DNA of 64,000 nucleotides from NCBI RefSeq assembly GCF_009914755.1, contig NC_060937.1. One strand, written 5' to 3'. The stretch is from the human T2T-CHM13v2.0 reference genome, Homo sapiens. The notes below the pieces were generated by a model. The model was given only the letters and a program-made list of their open reading frames with translations, made no database searches and had not been told where the DNA came from. This document shows positions 63,201 through 64,000 of the stretch, piece after piece (positions within the stretch are counted from its first letter, which is position 1; each line of letters starts with the position of its first letter). The position numbers and the translations under genes are program-made.

Positions 63201-64000
63201 TAATACAATGGAATGGAGTAGAGGGGAATGGAATGGAATGTATTGCAGTGGAATGGAGTGCAGTGCAGAGGAATGGAATGGGATGGAGTGGAATGAAATG
63301 GAATGGAAAGGAATGGAAGGAAATGGAGTGGAACAGAATGGAGTGGAATGGATTGCAGTGCAGAGGAATGGAATGGAATGGAGTGGAATGAAATGGAATG
63401 GAAAGGAATGGAAGGAAATGGAGTGGAATGGAATGGAGTGGAATGGAATTGAGTGGAATGCAATGGAATGGAATGGAATGGAGTGGAATGGAGTGTTGTG
63501 GGGTTGAGTGGAAATTAAAGGAATGGATTAGAATGGATTGGAGAGGAATTGGGTGGAATTGAGTGTAGTGGAATGGAATGGATTGAAGTGGAATGGAGTG
63601 GAGAAGCATGGAGTGGAATGAAGTAGAATGGAGTGGAATGGAGTGGATTGCAGTGGAGTGAAATGCAGTAGAATGGAGTGGAATGTAGTGTAATGGTGTG
63701 GAATGGAGTGGAAAGTAGTGGAATGGAATGGAGTGGAGTGGACTGGAGAAGAGCAGACTGCAGTGGAGTGGAATGGTGTGGAATGGAATGCAGTGGAGTG
63801 GAACGGAATGGACTGGAATTGTATGGAGTAGAATGGAGTCCAGTGGAGTGGAATGGAATGGAGTGGATTGGAGTTTCGTAGAAGGAAGTGTAATGTGCTG
63901 GAGTGGAATGGAATGAAATGGAGTGGAGGGCAGTGGAGTGGAGTGAATTGGAATGGAAAGTAATGGATTGGATTTCAGTCTAATGGAATGGAGTGGAATG
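63201..64000 (+). repeat. GGAGT/GCAGT-rich HSat3-like tract, similar to the pentamer tracts of 40114-47750
   Basis: Return of ggagtggaat, gcagt, gtagt pentamers and loss of ggactcgaat; runs off the window edge. Confidence 0.8.

Overview
This is not a gene-rich or prokaryotic window. It is hominid (most likely human) satellite heterochromatin with the block order typical of an acrocentric short arm; the exact chromosome cannot be determined from the sequence alone. Layout: (1) 1-13153, AT-rich HSat1A (~42-bp monomers, 373/378-bp 9-mer higher-order unit); (2) 13151-40116, 68-bp beta-satellite interrupted by four D4Z4/LSau-derived inserts, namely a pLAM-like fragment, a near-complete DUX4-like pseudogene with exon 2/exon 3-like 3' end, a promoter-only fragment and a truncated double-homeobox pseudogene; (3) 40114-~47750, a composite satellite of 22 Alu 3'-end fragments alternating with GGAAT/GGAGT tracts in a ~1.5-kb higher-order pattern; (4) ~47750-64000, diverged HSat3 (GGAAT)n. 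No intact protein-coding gene is supported; nearly all ORF-track entries are repeat translations. The most interesting observations are the Alu/pentamer composite satellite, a stop-loss DUX4 paralog whose frame runs through both normally non-coding 3' exons, in-window evidence that the pLAM/exon-3 segment is a deleted copy of the DUX4 5' end, and absence of the FSHD poly(A) signal at its homologous position. Comparisons to canonical D4Z4/DUX4/Alu are from memory, not from an alignment run here. I see no evidence for a new functional system beyond these hypotheses.
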